From Bacillota bacterium (GTDB taxonomy: Bacteria; Bacillota; Limnochordia; Darwinibacteriales; Darwinibacteriaceae), in NCBI GenBank assembly GCA_012838305.1, contig DUPN01000092.1, positions 5,315 to 69,314 on the forward strand: 64,000 bases of DNA, read 5' to 3'. Both the position numbers and the translations under genes were made by a program. The notes beneath the pieces were generated by a model. That model was not told the origin of the DNA, searched no databases, and saw only the letters and a program-made list of their open reading frames with translations. Below, in pieces: positions 47,054 through 57,015 of the stretch. Position 1 is the first letter of the stretch, and each line of letters begins with the position of its first letter.

Positions 47054-48829
47054 TTAAGCCTTAGCTTCGGCTTCAAGCGTATTTTGGATATCCCAAATGG
47101 TGCGATACTGCCCAGGGGCAGCCATCAGTTCCTGATGGGTGCCGCGTTGCACGATTCTGCCGTGGTCCAGCACCAAGATCAGATCCGCCCTGGCCAGGCT
47201 GGTTACTCGATGGGAGATCAGGAATGTGGTGGCCTTGCGGCCTCGTTTTTCTAGAGCATTGCGAATGGCTAGGTCCGTTTCAGTATCGACTGCACTTAAG
47301 GAATCGTCGAAAATCAAGATTGGACTGTGGGTGATGAGCGCTCTGGCGATGGCGATTCTCTGACGCTGTCCGCCAGAAACCGAGACTCCACGTTCACCCA
47401 CAAGGGTTTCATAACCCTGATCAAAGCCTTGGATCACGTCATGGATTGCTGCTTCTTTGCAGATGGCATAGAGCTCTTCGTCCGGCACGTCGCCACTGGC
47501 CAAGGTGACATTTTCCCGAATCGTCTTGGCAAACAAAAATGGTTCTTGTGGAACGACAGCTACATGCTGGCGAATCCACCTCTTGTCGATGGTGTTGAGC
47601 TCCACTCCATCCACCTTGATGGAGCCTGATGCATATTCGTAGAGACGGGCCAAAAGGTGGACCAAGGAACTCTTGCCTGAACCCGTGTGTCCTAAAAGGG
47701 CGATAGTCTGCCCTGCTTCCGCCGTGAAACTCAGGTTTTCTAGGACCAACTGGTCAGGCTCATAGCCAAAAGAGACGTTTTCAAATACGATGTTCCCCTC
47801 AATCGGGGGCCGCAAGAAGTTTTCCTGCAGCTTTTCTCTGGGTTGGTTAAAAACCTCCTGGAGCCGCTCTGCGGCGACCAAGGCTTTCCCCGTGTCCGTG
47901 AGGATACGACCGAGTTGGCGGACAGGCCAAACCAGCATCCCAACATACGTGCCAAAGAGCACCATGGTACCGATGGTGATCTCCCCTCGGGCTGTGAAAT
48001 AGGCGCCGAAAACGAAGACGGAACCGATTTGAAGAAAGGCGATCAGATCACTGGCAGACCAGTAACAAGCCAAAAGCCAGATCAGATGGTGGACTTTGTC
48101 GCGGTTCCTCTGATTTTTTGCGTCAAAGCGGTCAATCTCGTAGCTCTGATTAGCGAAGGCCCGCACTACCCGAATTCCGCTAAGGTTCTCCTGGAGCACC
48201 GTGGTGAGTTCTGCCTCCGCTTCGTCCGCTTCCCGAAAGGCCTTTTTTACCTTGAGGAAAAAGACGACAGCGAAGACGAAAATGACAGGTATGGCCATCA
48301 TGGACAGCAGTGTCATGCGTAAATCTGACCGAAACATAATCGTCGTAATGAAAATCACCATGGAGAGTGAACTGCCCACTTCCACCAGCTGTGCACCGAG
48401 GAATCTGCGAATCGTGTCCACATCGGAGGTGCATCGTTGCATAAGATCCCCAGTATCAACCTCTTTGTGATACTTGTAAGGGAGGTGTTGGATGTGGTCA
48501 TAGATCCGGTCGCGGATGTTCTTAGCAATATTTTCGCTGGCTTGGGCTGCAAGTCTGCCCCTGAGAAACATAAAAATTCCCCGGAATGTAGTGATGACAA
48601 TCAACACAATCCCGGGGATCCAGAACGCTTGACCTATGTTCTCCACAAAGGTGCGTATCAATAGCGGCGCTGCGAGCGGCTCGCTTCCAATAACCGAGTC
48701 GATGGTAATACGAATCACCAAAGGTCCGGCCACGGCCGTCAAGCTAGCTAGCCCCACTGAGAGGAGGGCCCCAAGATATAACAGTCGATTATGTGCCATA
48801 TAATGCCACAAGATGCGTACGGATTTCAT
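47054..48829 (-). CDS. ABC transporter ATP-binding protein/permease (type I exporter half-transporter, heterodimer partner A)
   Basis: 591 aa, 6 TM + NBD with Walker A GHTGSGKSS, signature VSGGQRQR, Walker B ILIFDDSLS. SD AAAGGAGG at 8 nt. Lies 12 nt upstream of its partner. Confidence 0.9.
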   Translation of the reverse strand: MKSVRILWHYMAHNRLLYLGALLSVGLASLTAVAGPLVIRITIDSVIGSEPLAAPLLIRTFVENIGQAFWIPGIVLIVITTFRGIFMFLRGRLAAQASENIAKNIRDRIYDHIQHLPYKYHKEVDTGDLMQRCTSDVDTIRRFLGAQLVEVGSSLSMVIFITTIMFRSDLRMTLLSMMAIPVIFVFAVVFFLKVKKAFREADEAEAELTTVLQENLSGIRVVRAFANQSYEIDRFDAKNQRNRDKVHHLIWLLACYWSASDLIAFLQIGSVFVFGAYFTARGEITIGTMVLFGTYVGMLVWPVRQLGRILTDTGKALVAAERLQEVFNQPREKLQENFLRPPIEGNIVFENVSFGYEPDQLVLENLSFTAEAGQTIALLGHTGSGKSSLVHLLARLYEYASGSIKVDGVELNTIDKRWIRQHVAVVPQEPFLFAKTIRENVTLASGDVPDEELYAICKEAAIHDVIQGFDQGYETLVGERGVSVSGGQRQRIAIARALITHSPILIFDDSLSAVDTETDLAIRNALEKRGRKATTFLISHRVTSLARADLILVLDHGRIVQRGTHQELMAAPGQYRTIWDIQNTLEAEAKA

Positions 48830-48940
48830 ACTAAGATGCCTCCTTTCATCAATTCAGAATGTGCACTTTTTCACTATAGCACCATTTTTTCCTTTCGGCA
48901 AGAGCCCTTTTGATTAGGAAATATTCTTTCCAAAGTTTGG

Positions 48941-48969
48941 TTGCATCGTCTCTCTTAGATTGATACAAT
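48941..48969 (+). promoter_or_regulatory. sigma-A-type promoter (TTGCAT-17-TACAAT) for the SPFH/RHH pair
   Basis: TTGCAT 48941-48946, 17-nt spacer, TACAAT 48964-48969. ATG 49006 with GGAGGA SD. Confidence 0.55.
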
Positions 48970-49005
48970 AATGATATCAAAAACATATCAGTGGAGGAAT
49001 CGTGT

Positions 49006-50025
49006 ATGAAGGAAAAGACGCTAGCTGCAAGACCTGGCATGCCCATGTTGGTCCTCTTTATTTTGCTCTATCTGGCGATGATCGCCTTGATTGTGCTAGG
49101 AGGCAACCTTCTCAGTTCTGACCGGAACATTGGCGCCTTGCCGCTGGTGTTTGGCATTATTGGGGTCTTTGTCGGAATCATTCCCTTTTTCGGATTTCGG
49201 ATTATCAAGCCCCAGGAGGCCTTGGTTCTGACCTTGTTTGGGAACTACACAGGAACGCTGAGGGAACCCGGATTCTTTTTTGTACATCCCTTTTCGTCGG
49301 CTGTAAATCCCGCAGCAAAGACTCGTCTAGGGCAGAGTTCCGATGTGGATCAGAGTGCGGCATCGAAAGTGATCGTGACCGCTCAGGGTGGGGGTCAGGT
49401 TTCTATACCCAGCAAGAAGATCTCTCTGAAGATCATGACTCTCAACAATGCCAAACAAAAAGTGAACGACGCCTTGGGTAATCCAGTGGAAATCGGTATT
49501 GCTGTGATGTGGAGGGTAGTCGATACAGCCCAGGCAGTCTTCAATGTGGATAACTACAAGGAATACCTTTCTCTCCAGTGCGACAGTGCGCTCCGGGACA
49601 TTGTCCGCATCTATCCCTATGATGTGGCTCCGGGAATCGACACTACCGGGGACGGTTTGCCCGATGAGGGCAGTCTACGAGGCTCCAGCGCCGTCGTTGC
49701 TGAGCGCATCCGGCAAGAAATTCAGAAGAAAGTGAAAGACGCTGGTTTGGAGATTCTAGACGCCCGCATTACCTATCTTGCGTATGCGCCAGAAATCGCA
49801 GCGGTTATGCTGCAAAGACAACAGGCCAGTGCCATCATTGATGCTAGAGCCATGATTGTTGACGGCGCTGTGGGCATGGTGCACATGGCCCTTGACAGGC
49901 TGATGGAAAATGACGTCGTGCAACTCGATGAAGAACGCAAAGCGGCCATGGTGTCGAATCTGCTTGTCATACTATGTGGCAATCGGGATGCACAGCCCAT
50001 TGTGAATAGTGGAAGTCTGTATTAG
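49006..50025 (+). CDS. SPFH domain / band 7 family membrane protein (stomatin/prohibitin-like)
   Basis: N-terminal TM pair, SPFH core ([16 protein letters not shown]...), coiled-coil C-terminus. ATG 49006 chosen over track 48991. Confidence 0.8.
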   Translation: MKEKTLAARPGMPMLVLFILLYLAMIALIVLGGNLLSSDRNIGALPLVFGIIGVFVGIIPFFGFRIIKPQEALVLTLFGNYTGTLREPGFFFVHPFSSAVNPAAKTRLGQSSDVDQSAASKVIVTAQGGGQVSIPSKKISLKIMTLNNAKQKVNDALGNPVEIGIAVMWRVVDTAQAVFNVDNYKEYLSLQCDSALRDIVRIYPYDVAPGIDTTGDGLPDEGSLRGSSAVVAERIRQEIQKKVKDAGLEILDARITYLAYAPEIAAVMLQRQQASAIIDARAMIVDGAVGMVHMALDRLMENDVVQLDEERKAAMVSNLLVILCGNRDAQPIVNSGSLY

Positions 50026-50027
50026 AG

Positions 50028-50213
50028 ATGTCTAAGAAGCAAGTTCCGCTCCGTCTTTCCGTGAGACTTTATGAGGAGATCGCCGCTTGGGCCCAAGACG
50101 AGTTTCGATCCGTTAATGGGCAAATCGAGTTTCTGCTCACGGAGTGTGTTCGGCAGCGGAGAAAACGCAGTACTGATGCTGTGGAAAGAACGGATCATTC
50201 AGGTAAGGAATAA
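50028..50213 (+). CDS. Arc/MetJ-type ribbon-helix-helix DNA-binding protein
   Basis: 61 aa MSKKQVPLRLSVRLYEEIAAWAQDEFRSVNGQIEFLLTECV matches the RHH pattern (beta-strand LRL, then two helices with RS-N-E). Starts 2 nt after the SPFH stop. Confidence 0.6.
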   Translation: MSKKQVPLRLSVRLYEEIAAWAQDEFRSVNGQIEFLLTECVRQRRKRSTDAVERTDHSGKE

Positions 50214-50373
50214 GCAAGCCACTGCAAGGTCGCCTCTTGGCGGCCTTCTTTGCCAACGACCCTAGGCTCCATTGTCTGGCCACGAAATCTTTACCGTCGT
50301 GTGAAGGGGAATACCCCCATTTCCTCGTATTATCTAGGTAAAGGCCAAGGAAACATGGGGAAGGGGAGTTCGT

Positions 50374-51756
50374 ATGACATCCTATCAACCAGAACCCTAC
50401 AAGATTAAGATGGTGGAACCCATCACGCTTTTGCCCAGGGAAGAAAGGCAGAAGTGTATAGCTAAAGCGGGATACAACCCCTTTTTGTTGCGTAGTGATC
50501 AAATTTACATTGACCTGCTTACAGACAGTGGTACAGGGGCCATGAGCGACAGGCAGTGGGCGGGACTGATGTTAGGTGATGAATCGTATGCGGGCAGTCG
50601 CAATTTTTATCATCTAGAAGAGACAGTCCAAGACCTGACAGGCTACGAATATGTCATTCCCACACACCAGGGGAGGGGTGCTGAGCAGATTCTGTTCCCC
50701 CTATTGGTTCAGGCCAAGGGCCAATACGTTCTAGGAAACATGCACTTCGATACAACCAAGGCCCATATTGAGTTGGCCGGGGCTAAGGCTGTCAACTTCA
50801 TTATGGAAGAAGCTTTGGATACGTCCAAAGAGCATCCTTTTAAGGGTAACTTTGATCTGCAGGCCATGGAACGGTTTATCCAGGAGAAAGGCCGAGGCGC
50901 CATTGCAGCCATTGTGATCACTGTAACCTGTAACAGTGTGGGCGGTCAGCCCATTTCTATGGCGAATATCAAGGCGGCCTCTGCCATTGCCCACAAGTAC
51001 GGAATTCCAGTCGTCATCGATAGCGCCCGTTTTGCAGAGAATGCTTATTTCATCAAACAGCGGGAAATGGGTTATGCTGAAAAGAGCATTCCAGAGATTG
51101 TCCGGGAGCAGTTCTCCTACGGTGACGTATTTACCATGAGCGCGAAAAAAGACGGCTTAGTGAATATTGGAGGAGTCTTGGCTATTCGGAACGACAAAGA
51201 ACTCTTCCAGCGTTGTCAGTCGATGGTAGTCCCCTTAGAAGGCTTTCCCACCTACGGGGGACTGGCCGGTCGGGATATGGAGGCCTTGGCTATTGGCCTG
51301 AAGGAAGTGGTACAGGAAGACTATCTAACCCAGCGTATCTCGCAGGTACATCTCTTAGGTACACTCTTGCAGGATGCAGGTGTTCCCGTGCAGTCGCCCA
51401 TCGGCGGCCATGCCGTCTTTGTAGATGTGGGTAGGATCTTACCTGAGATGCCTAAGACCCAGTACCCGGCCCATGCCTTTGCCGTAGCCCTGTATGTGGA
51501 AAGCGGTATTCGTGCAGTGGAGATCGGCTCCCTTCTCTATGGGCGCGATCCCGAGACCGGGGAGGATGGCCTGTCTGATCTGGAGCTTTTGCGCTTGACC
51601 ATTCCTAGAAGAGTCTATACAGACAATCATATGCGTTATATCGCAGATTCCATCGCCCGGGTTCATGAGAAAAGAGAGGCAATCAAAGGCATGGCGTTTG
51701 AATATGAACCGCCGATCCTGCGCCATTTCACAGCCCGTTTTCGTCTGGTGGAATAA
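50374..51756 (+). CDS. beta-eliminating lyase: tyrosine phenol-lyase/tryptophanase family (PLP-dependent)
   Basis: 460 aa. N-terminus YKIKMVEP...[31 protein letters not shown]-lysine region [27 protein letters not shown]-terminal LRHFTARF. Several regions are closer to TPL than to TnaA. SD AAGGGGAG. Confidence 0.9.
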   Translation: MTSYQPEPYKIKMVEPITLLPREERQKCIAKAGYNPFLLRSDQIYIDLLTDSGTGAMSDRQWAGLMLGDESYAGSRNFYHLEETVQDLTGYEYVIPTHQGRGAEQILFPLLVQAKGQYVLGNMHFDTTKAHIELAGAKAVNFIMEEALDTSKEHPFKGNFDLQAMERFIQEKGRGAIAAIVITVTCNSVGGQPISMANIKAASAIAHKYGIPVVIDSARFAENAYFIKQREMGYAEKSIPEIVREQFSYGDVFTMSAKKDGLVNIGGVLAIRNDKELFQRCQSMVVPLEGFPTYGGLAGRDMEALAIGLKEVVQEDYLTQRISQVHLLGTLLQDAGVPVQSPIGGHAVFVDVGRILPEMPKTQYPAHAFAVALYVESGIRAVEIGSLLYGRDPETGEDGLSDLELLRLTIPRRVYTDNHMRYIADSIARVHEKREAIKGMAFEYEPPILRHFTARFRLVE

Positions 51757-51849
51757 GCGTTTCCTTGGCAGCAGGCTGTAATCTGTAAAGGGTTGCCAAA
51801 CAGCCTCTGACGACAGCACAATAAGGCAGATTGGACGAGGAGGTAGTTC

Positions 51850-53631
51850 ATGACGAAGCTAGACCAAAGATGGGATCTTGAGACCATCTTTCCTGAAGGG
51901 AGTTCCTCCCCCCAGCTGCACCAGCAGCTGGACAGGGTGAGGGCGGAAATCGCCGGGTTAAGACAGAAGGTGAAGGTACTTACCCCGGATCTACCGGTGG
52001 ATGAGTTCCGGGCGCTAATCCAAGACATGCAGGATCTGCAGGCAAATCTAGGACAGTGCAGAGCGTTTATCAGCTGCTTGACGGCACAAGATGTACGGGA
52101 CAGTCAAGCGCGGGTGCTGCAGGGCGATTTCGGACAAATCAGCGCATCATTGGCCGGAGTGTTCACCGCCATCGATCACATTTTTGTGGAGATCCCTGAG
52201 GAAAGATGGCAAGCGTTTCTGGATGATGATGGGCTTCAGGAACTACGTTTTTCCCTCAATGAGAGGCGTAATGTGGCTAGGACAAAGATGCCACCAGAGT
52301 TGGAGTCTCTTGTAACGGATTTAGAGGTCGATGGCTATCACGCCTGGTCCCATTTGTACTATACTATCGTTGGCGAAATGTCCATCGAAATGCAGCGGGA
52401 TGGAGAAATACAGACATTGTCCATGGGCCAAGCGGCCAACCTTCTATCGGACCCTGATCCCAAGGTGCGGCATGAGGTTTTCTGCAAGTATGAGGACGCC
52501 TGGACCAAGAATGAAGAGCTTTTTGCTAGTACCTTGAATCATCTAGCCGGTTTTCGCATTAACCTCTACCGCAATCGCAATTGGGATGATGTGCTCTATG
52601 AGCCCCTGCAGCGAAATCGCATGGAGCGAGCCACGCTCGAGGCCATGTGGGCGGCGGTAAACGGCGGGAAACCCTATCTAGCTCAGTATTTGCAGAGAAA
52701 AGCCGAACTCTTGGGCCTGGATCAGATCGCTTGGTATGACCTAGGGGCCCCCGTGGGCGAAGCGGGAGGGGAGATCCCCTTTGCAGATGCAAAAACCTTT
52801 GTGGTGGACCAGCTTCGCAAATTCAGCCCAGCCATGGCCGACTTTACGCTGCATGCTTTGGAAAAACGCTGGGTTGAGGCGGAAAATAGAGGAGGAAAGC
52901 GTCCTGGCGCATTTTGTACCTCGTTTCCCCTCAGCGGCGAGTCTAGGGTCTTTATGACCTATTCCGGCACGATTAGCAGCCTAGGCACCTTGGCCCATGA
53001 GCTCGGACACGCCTACCATGGTCATCTGCTGAAGGATGCTCCCATCTTTTTGCGCCGGTATGCCATGAATGTAGCCGAAACCGCTTCCACCTTCAGTGAA
53101 CTGCTCGTCGTGGACGGGGCGATCAGGGCCGCGGCCAGTCCTGGCGAGAGACTCGGCATTTTGGACGATAAGATTGGGCGTAGTGTCGCCTTCTTCATGG
53201 ACATCCATTCTCGCTTTTTGTTCGAAACGCGCTTTTATGAAGCAAGGAAGAGAGGCATGGTCAGCGCAGCGCAGCTAAACGAGCTAATGACCCAGGCACA
53301 AAGGGATGCTTTCCTAGGAAGCCTGAAGGAGTACCATCCCCATTTCTGGGCGTCGAAGCTGCACTTCTACTCGACTGGAATGCCTTTTTACAACTTCCCC
53401 TATACCTTTGGATACCTCTTTAGTGCGGGGGTGTATGCCAAGGCTAAGGAAGTAGGTCCCAGCTTCGCCCAGAGTTATGCAGAGCTTTTGAGGGACACGG
53501 CGAAAATGTCCGTGGAAGGCCTGGCGCAAAAGCACTTGGGTGTGGATCTGACTAAGACTGCATTTTGGGAAGCCGCAGTCAGATTGGCCACCGATGATGT
53601 TGAGGAGTTCTTACAGCTAACACAAGAATAA
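51850..53631 (+). CDS. M3B family oligoendopeptidase (second PepF-like paralog)
   Basis: 593 aa with HELGHAYH zinc motif. SD GAGGAGG. Confidence 0.9.
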   Translation: MTKLDQRWDLETIFPEGSSSPQLHQQLDRVRAEIAGLRQKVKVLTPDLPVDEFRALIQDMQDLQANLGQCRAFISCLTAQDVRDSQARVLQGDFGQISASLAGVFTAIDHIFVEIPEERWQAFLDDDGLQELRFSLNERRNVARTKMPPELESLVTDLEVDGYHAWSHLYYTIVGEMSIEMQRDGEIQTLSMGQAANLLSDPDPKVRHEVFCKYEDAWTKNEELFASTLNHLAGFRINLYRNRNWDDVLYEPLQRNRMERATLEAMWAAVNGGKPYLAQYLQRKAELLGLDQIAWYDLGAPVGEAGGEIPFADAKTFVVDQLRKFSPAMADFTLHALEKRWVEAENRGGKRPGAFCTSFPLSGESRVFMTYSGTISSLGTLAHELGHAYHGHLLKDAPIFLRRYAMNVAETASTFSELLVVDGAIRAAASPGERLGILDDKIGRSVAFFMDIHSRFLFETRFYEARKRGMVSAAQLNELMTQAQRDAFLGSLKEYHPHFWASKLHFYSTGMPFYNFPYTFGYLFSAGVYAKAKEVGPSFAQSYAELLRDTAKMSVEGLAQKHLGVDLTKTAFWEAAVRLATDDVEEFLQLTQE

Positions 53632-53690
53632 AATGAGGGCTGCGGCCCTTGTTTTATATACCCCTGCATATTAGGGAGGGAGGAGATGCT

Positions 53691-55067
53691 GTGAGCAGTC
53701 CCGTAGAGGTTAGGCCTCGGGTCAAGCGCTTTGGATTGGTTGGAAATCCTTTGGCGCATAGCCTCTCGCCTTTGATCCATGAGCGCATTATGGAGGCCGT
53801 GGGCTTGAAGGGGTCTTACGAACTTTTTGATCTAGCACCGAACGAACTACCGAGGGAGCTGCCTAGGCTTTTGGCGAGCCTGGATGGGTTCAATTGCACC
53901 ATACCCCACAAACAAGCTGTCATCCCTTACCTTAAAGATTTAGCCCCTTCGGCTAAGCTCTATGGTGCCGTCAACACCGTGTGTCAAAGCTGGGGGTACA
54001 ACACCGACGGGGTCGGTTTCGCCTCCTGCGGCGTGCCCCTGCAAGGACAGCGGGTGTGCGTTTTTGGGGCAGGGGGGGTTGCCCGGGTCTTGGCTATGGA
54101 GGCAGCGAGAGCCGGTGCCACCAGTATTGCAGTCCAGGCCAGAAATGCGGAGCAAGCTACGGGCCTGGTGGACGCTGTTAGAAAGCAGGGGTATGGGCAG
54201 ATCCACGCTCTGGCAGAGGGTGCAGACTCAACTTGCGATGTCATTTTGAATGGAACGCCGGTGGGTATGTGGCCCAATCTTGCCGGAACTCCTGTGTCAA
54301 ACCGACAGATTGAGGGGGCCAAAGCGGTCTTTGATACGATTTATAATCCCAGCGCCACTGGCCTTGTGCTCCGGGCAAAATCCAGAGGTCTTTGGGCCAT
54401 GGGCGGCCTGCAAATGCTGTTTGAGCAGGCGCTGGCGGCCCAGCGAATCTGGAACCCCGAGGTGGACTGGGAAAATTTCACGGATGGACTTAGGGGGGCA
54501 GGCCGGGGTTTAGCTCTGGAGGTGCTGCGTCGCAGCCCCTTCAAACTTGTACTCACCGGATTTATGGGCAGCGGCAAGACCCAGGTGGGCCAGGCTCTGG
54601 CCCAGAGATTAGGATCAGCACTGAACAAGTCTGCTCCATCCTTTGTGGATTTGGATCACAGGGTTGTGATCCGGGCAGGTCAAAGCATTCCGGAAATCTT
54701 CCGTTCCCAAGGGGAAGCAGCCTTTCGCAGTCTGGAAAGGGATCTGTTCGCAGAGGAACTGCAAAGGCCAGGTGCTGCCATCGTAGCTACCGGTGGCGGT
54801 ACCTTGATCCAAGAAGGCCTGGCGGAGATGGTGCGCAGGAGCGGAGGCTTCATCGTGTATCTGGATGTTTCCCTAGAGGAGGCGCTGCGGCGCATAGGTC
54901 GCGACGACCAGAGACCTCTGCTACAAAGGGGACCGGAGGAGATTCGAGTGTTGTATGATCTTCGCAAACCTTTGTATGAGGAAGCGGCAGATTTGCGTGT
55001 CGTTGCTGACGGCAAAGTTTCAGACATCGTGGAGATGATTATGACTGCTTTTCGTTGGAATGGATAG
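53691..55067 (+). CDS. aroE: bifunctional shikimate dehydrogenase / shikimate kinase (AroE-AroK fusion)
   Basis: N-terminal AroE (FGLVGNPLAHSLSP...NCTIPHKQ...GAVNTV; NAD site GAGGVAR), then AroK with Walker A GFMGSGKTQVG. GTG 53691 after GGGAGGGAGGAG. Track start 53649 rejected. Confidence 0.85.
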   Translation: MSSPVEVRPRVKRFGLVGNPLAHSLSPLIHERIMEAVGLKGSYELFDLAPNELPRELPRLLASLDGFNCTIPHKQAVIPYLKDLAPSAKLYGAVNTVCQSWGYNTDGVGFASCGVPLQGQRVCVFGAGGVARVLAMEAARAGATSIAVQARNAEQATGLVDAVRKQGYGQIHALAEGADSTCDVILNGTPVGMWPNLAGTPVSNRQIEGAKAVFDTIYNPSATGLVLRAKSRGLWAMGGLQMLFEQALAAQRIWNPEVDWENFTDGLRGAGRGLALEVLRRSPFKLVLTGFMGSGKTQVGQALAQRLGSALNKSAPSFVDLDHRVVIRAGQSIPEIFRSQGEAAFRSLERDLFAEELQRPGAAIVATGGGTLIQEGLAEMVRRSGGFIVYLDVSLEEALRRIGRDDQRPLLQRGPEEIRVLYDLRKPLYEEAADLRVVADGKVSDIVEMIMTAFRWNG

Positions 55068-55079
55068 GAGGCGGTGTCC

Positions 55080-56234
55080 GTGGCATCGAGCTGGGGTCAG
55101 CAAGTAACGATAAGTCTATTCGGAGAGTCCCATGGACCGGCCATAGGGGTTGTGATCGATGGTCTGCCAGCTGGTGAGATCCTGGATCTAGAAGCGATTC
55201 GTGGGTTTATGGCTCGGCGTGCACCTGGGCGCAGCCCATGGTCCACGGCACGGCAGGAAGAGGATACCCCCCAGATCCTGTCCGGAGTGTATCAGGGGAA
55301 GACGACAGGTACACCCCTGGCCATAACCATGGGAAACTTGGATGCCCGCCCCCAAGACTATCAGCGGCTGTCTTTTCTGCCACGACCGAGCCATGCGGAT
55401 TACACTGGAATGGTTCGTTTTGGCGGGGCCGCGGATCCCCGGGGTGGGGGTCACTTTTCGGGTCGATTGACAGCTTCTTTGGGTGCGGCGGGAGCTGTCT
55501 GCAAACAGATTTTGGAGCGAAGGGATATTCAGGTTTTTGCCCGCGTTGCTGAAATCGGGGGAATAGCGGACGGACCTTTGGACACGGTAGAGCCTGACCC
55601 AAAGGTGCTGCGAGCTTTGGCCGACAAAGAACTCCCCGTACTTGATCAAGCTGCAGGGGCTAAAATGGTGGCGCTGGTAGAGAAGGTGAGGGAGGAAGGG
55701 GACTCTGTGGGCGGTGTTGTGCAGTGTCTGGTCTTAGGGCTCCCCGCTGGCCTGGGAGATCCGATCTTCGGTGGGGTGGAGTCCCGCCTGGCATCCTTGC
55801 TTTACGGCATTCCAGCGGTGAAGGCCCTGTCCTTTGGGGATGGCTACGCCGCTTGTCGGCGCAGAGGGTCGCAGAACAATGATCCATTTTGTGTTGACCC
55901 GCAAGGTCGGCTTGGGACTCTAACCAATCATGAAGGAGGGATCAACGGAGGAATTACCAATGGTATGCCCCTCGTTCTTCAGATAGGCATCAAGCCAACT
56001 CCCTCCATCGCGCGTGCGCAGCAGACGGTGAATATCCAAACGATGCAGGAGGAAACCCTTAGCATTCGAGGGCGCCATGACCCTTGTATTGTACCTCGTG
56101 CGGCCGTTGCAGTGGAAGGGGCCGTCGCTATTTGCATCTTGGACCTTTTGTTGGTGTCCCGTGGGGTGCAAGGATTGGGGGGAGCGGACGATGGGACGAC
56201 TGGAAGACATCCGGCGGGAACTAGCCGCCATTGA
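55080..56234 (+). CDS. aroC: chorismate synthase
   Basis: FGESHGPAIGVVIDGLPAG and later conserved AroC motifs. GTG 55080 with SD ATAGGAGG at 8 nt. Confidence 0.9.
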   Translation: MASSWGQQVTISLFGESHGPAIGVVIDGLPAGEILDLEAIRGFMARRAPGRSPWSTARQEEDTPQILSGVYQGKTTGTPLAITMGNLDARPQDYQRLSFLPRPSHADYTGMVRFGGAADPRGGGHFSGRLTASLGAAGAVCKQILERRDIQVFARVAEIGGIADGPLDTVEPDPKVLRALADKELPVLDQAAGAKMVALVEKVREEGDSVGGVVQCLVLGLPAGLGDPIFGGVESRLASLLYGIPAVKALSFGDGYAACRRRGSQNNDPFCVDPQGRLGTLTNHEGGINGGITNGMPLVLQIGIKPTPSIARAQQTVNIQTMQEETLSIRGRHDPCIVPRAAVAVEGAVAICILDLLLVSRGVQGLGGADDGTTGRHPAGTSRH

Positions 56235-57015
56235 CCAGGCCTTGGTGGAGAATTTCCTGCGACGTATGCATATCGTGGACCAAGTGGCGGATTACAAGGA
56301 GAGTACAAAGGGCAAAGTCCACCTCCCTGAGCAGGAACGCAGGGTGATAGAACGGGGGCAAAGCCAGCTGCCTCCAGAACTCCAGTCCTATGGCAGGGTC
56401 TTCTTGGAGACCCTGATCCGCCTTTCCAGGGAAAGGCAATATGAACGTCTGATCGAAAAGGATGACACTTGGCAGCTGGGAAAGGCACTCCGGGAAGCGG
56501 ACAGCCAGCAAGGTCAGGTGGGAAAAGTGGTCATCTCCGGCGAACTGACGGAGGCCTCTGCCTGTGCAGCAAGGGGCCTGTATCCCGGTGCTGCCCTGGC
56601 TCAGGCAGGGAGCCTCGATGACGCCTGCCGTCAGGTTGTGAACGGTTTGGCCGATCGGGCCGTCTTGCCCCTGCAGGAAGAGGTCTGTTTTCTCCTGGAA
56701 AAGCATGCCCTGTTCATTCAGTCTTGCTCCAAAACGTCTGGCGGTCCCGTTGTTGCTGTGGGTAGAGAACTCATTCTCCCCATCGGCCAGGGCGTTGTGA
56801 GCCTTTTGATTCACACGGCCCGAGGGAAGGAGTTTCCCTTGGTGCTGCAGGTTTTGAACGACCTCAACTTACGGGTAGTACAAATCCAATTTCTGCCCGG
56901 CTTTTGTTATTGCCTAGACTTCTTGGCCTCACCGGATAGTCCAGTGATCCTCAGGGCCCTGTACCAAGTGGCGCAGGAGACGGTTGGCCTGTGCCTTCTG
57001 GGTTGGTATGTCTAG
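56191..57015 (+). CDS. chorismate mutase (AroQ-type) fused to a degenerate prephenate-dehydratase-like region and an ACT-like domain
   Basis: ATG 56191 overlaps the aroC 3' end; the track's upstream extension was rejected. CM domain MGRLEDIRRELAAIDQALVENFLRRMHIV. Next segment aligns to the PDT N-subdomain but lacks its catalytic motifs. C-terminus is ACT-like (VVSLLIHTARGKEFPLVLQVLNDLNLRVVQIQFLP). Confidence 0.6.
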   Translation: MGRLEDIRRELAAIDQALVENFLRRMHIVDQVADYKESTKGKVHLPEQERRVIERGQSQLPPELQSYGRVFLETLIRLSRERQYERLIEKDDTWQLGKALREADSQQGQVGKVVISGELTEASACAARGLYPGAALAQAGSLDDACRQVVNGLADRAVLPLQEEVCFLLEKHALFIQSCSKTSGGPVVAVGRELILPIGQGVVSLLIHTARGKEFPLVLQVLNDLNLRVVQIQFLPGFCYCLDFLASPDSPVILRALYQVAQETVGLCLLGWYV

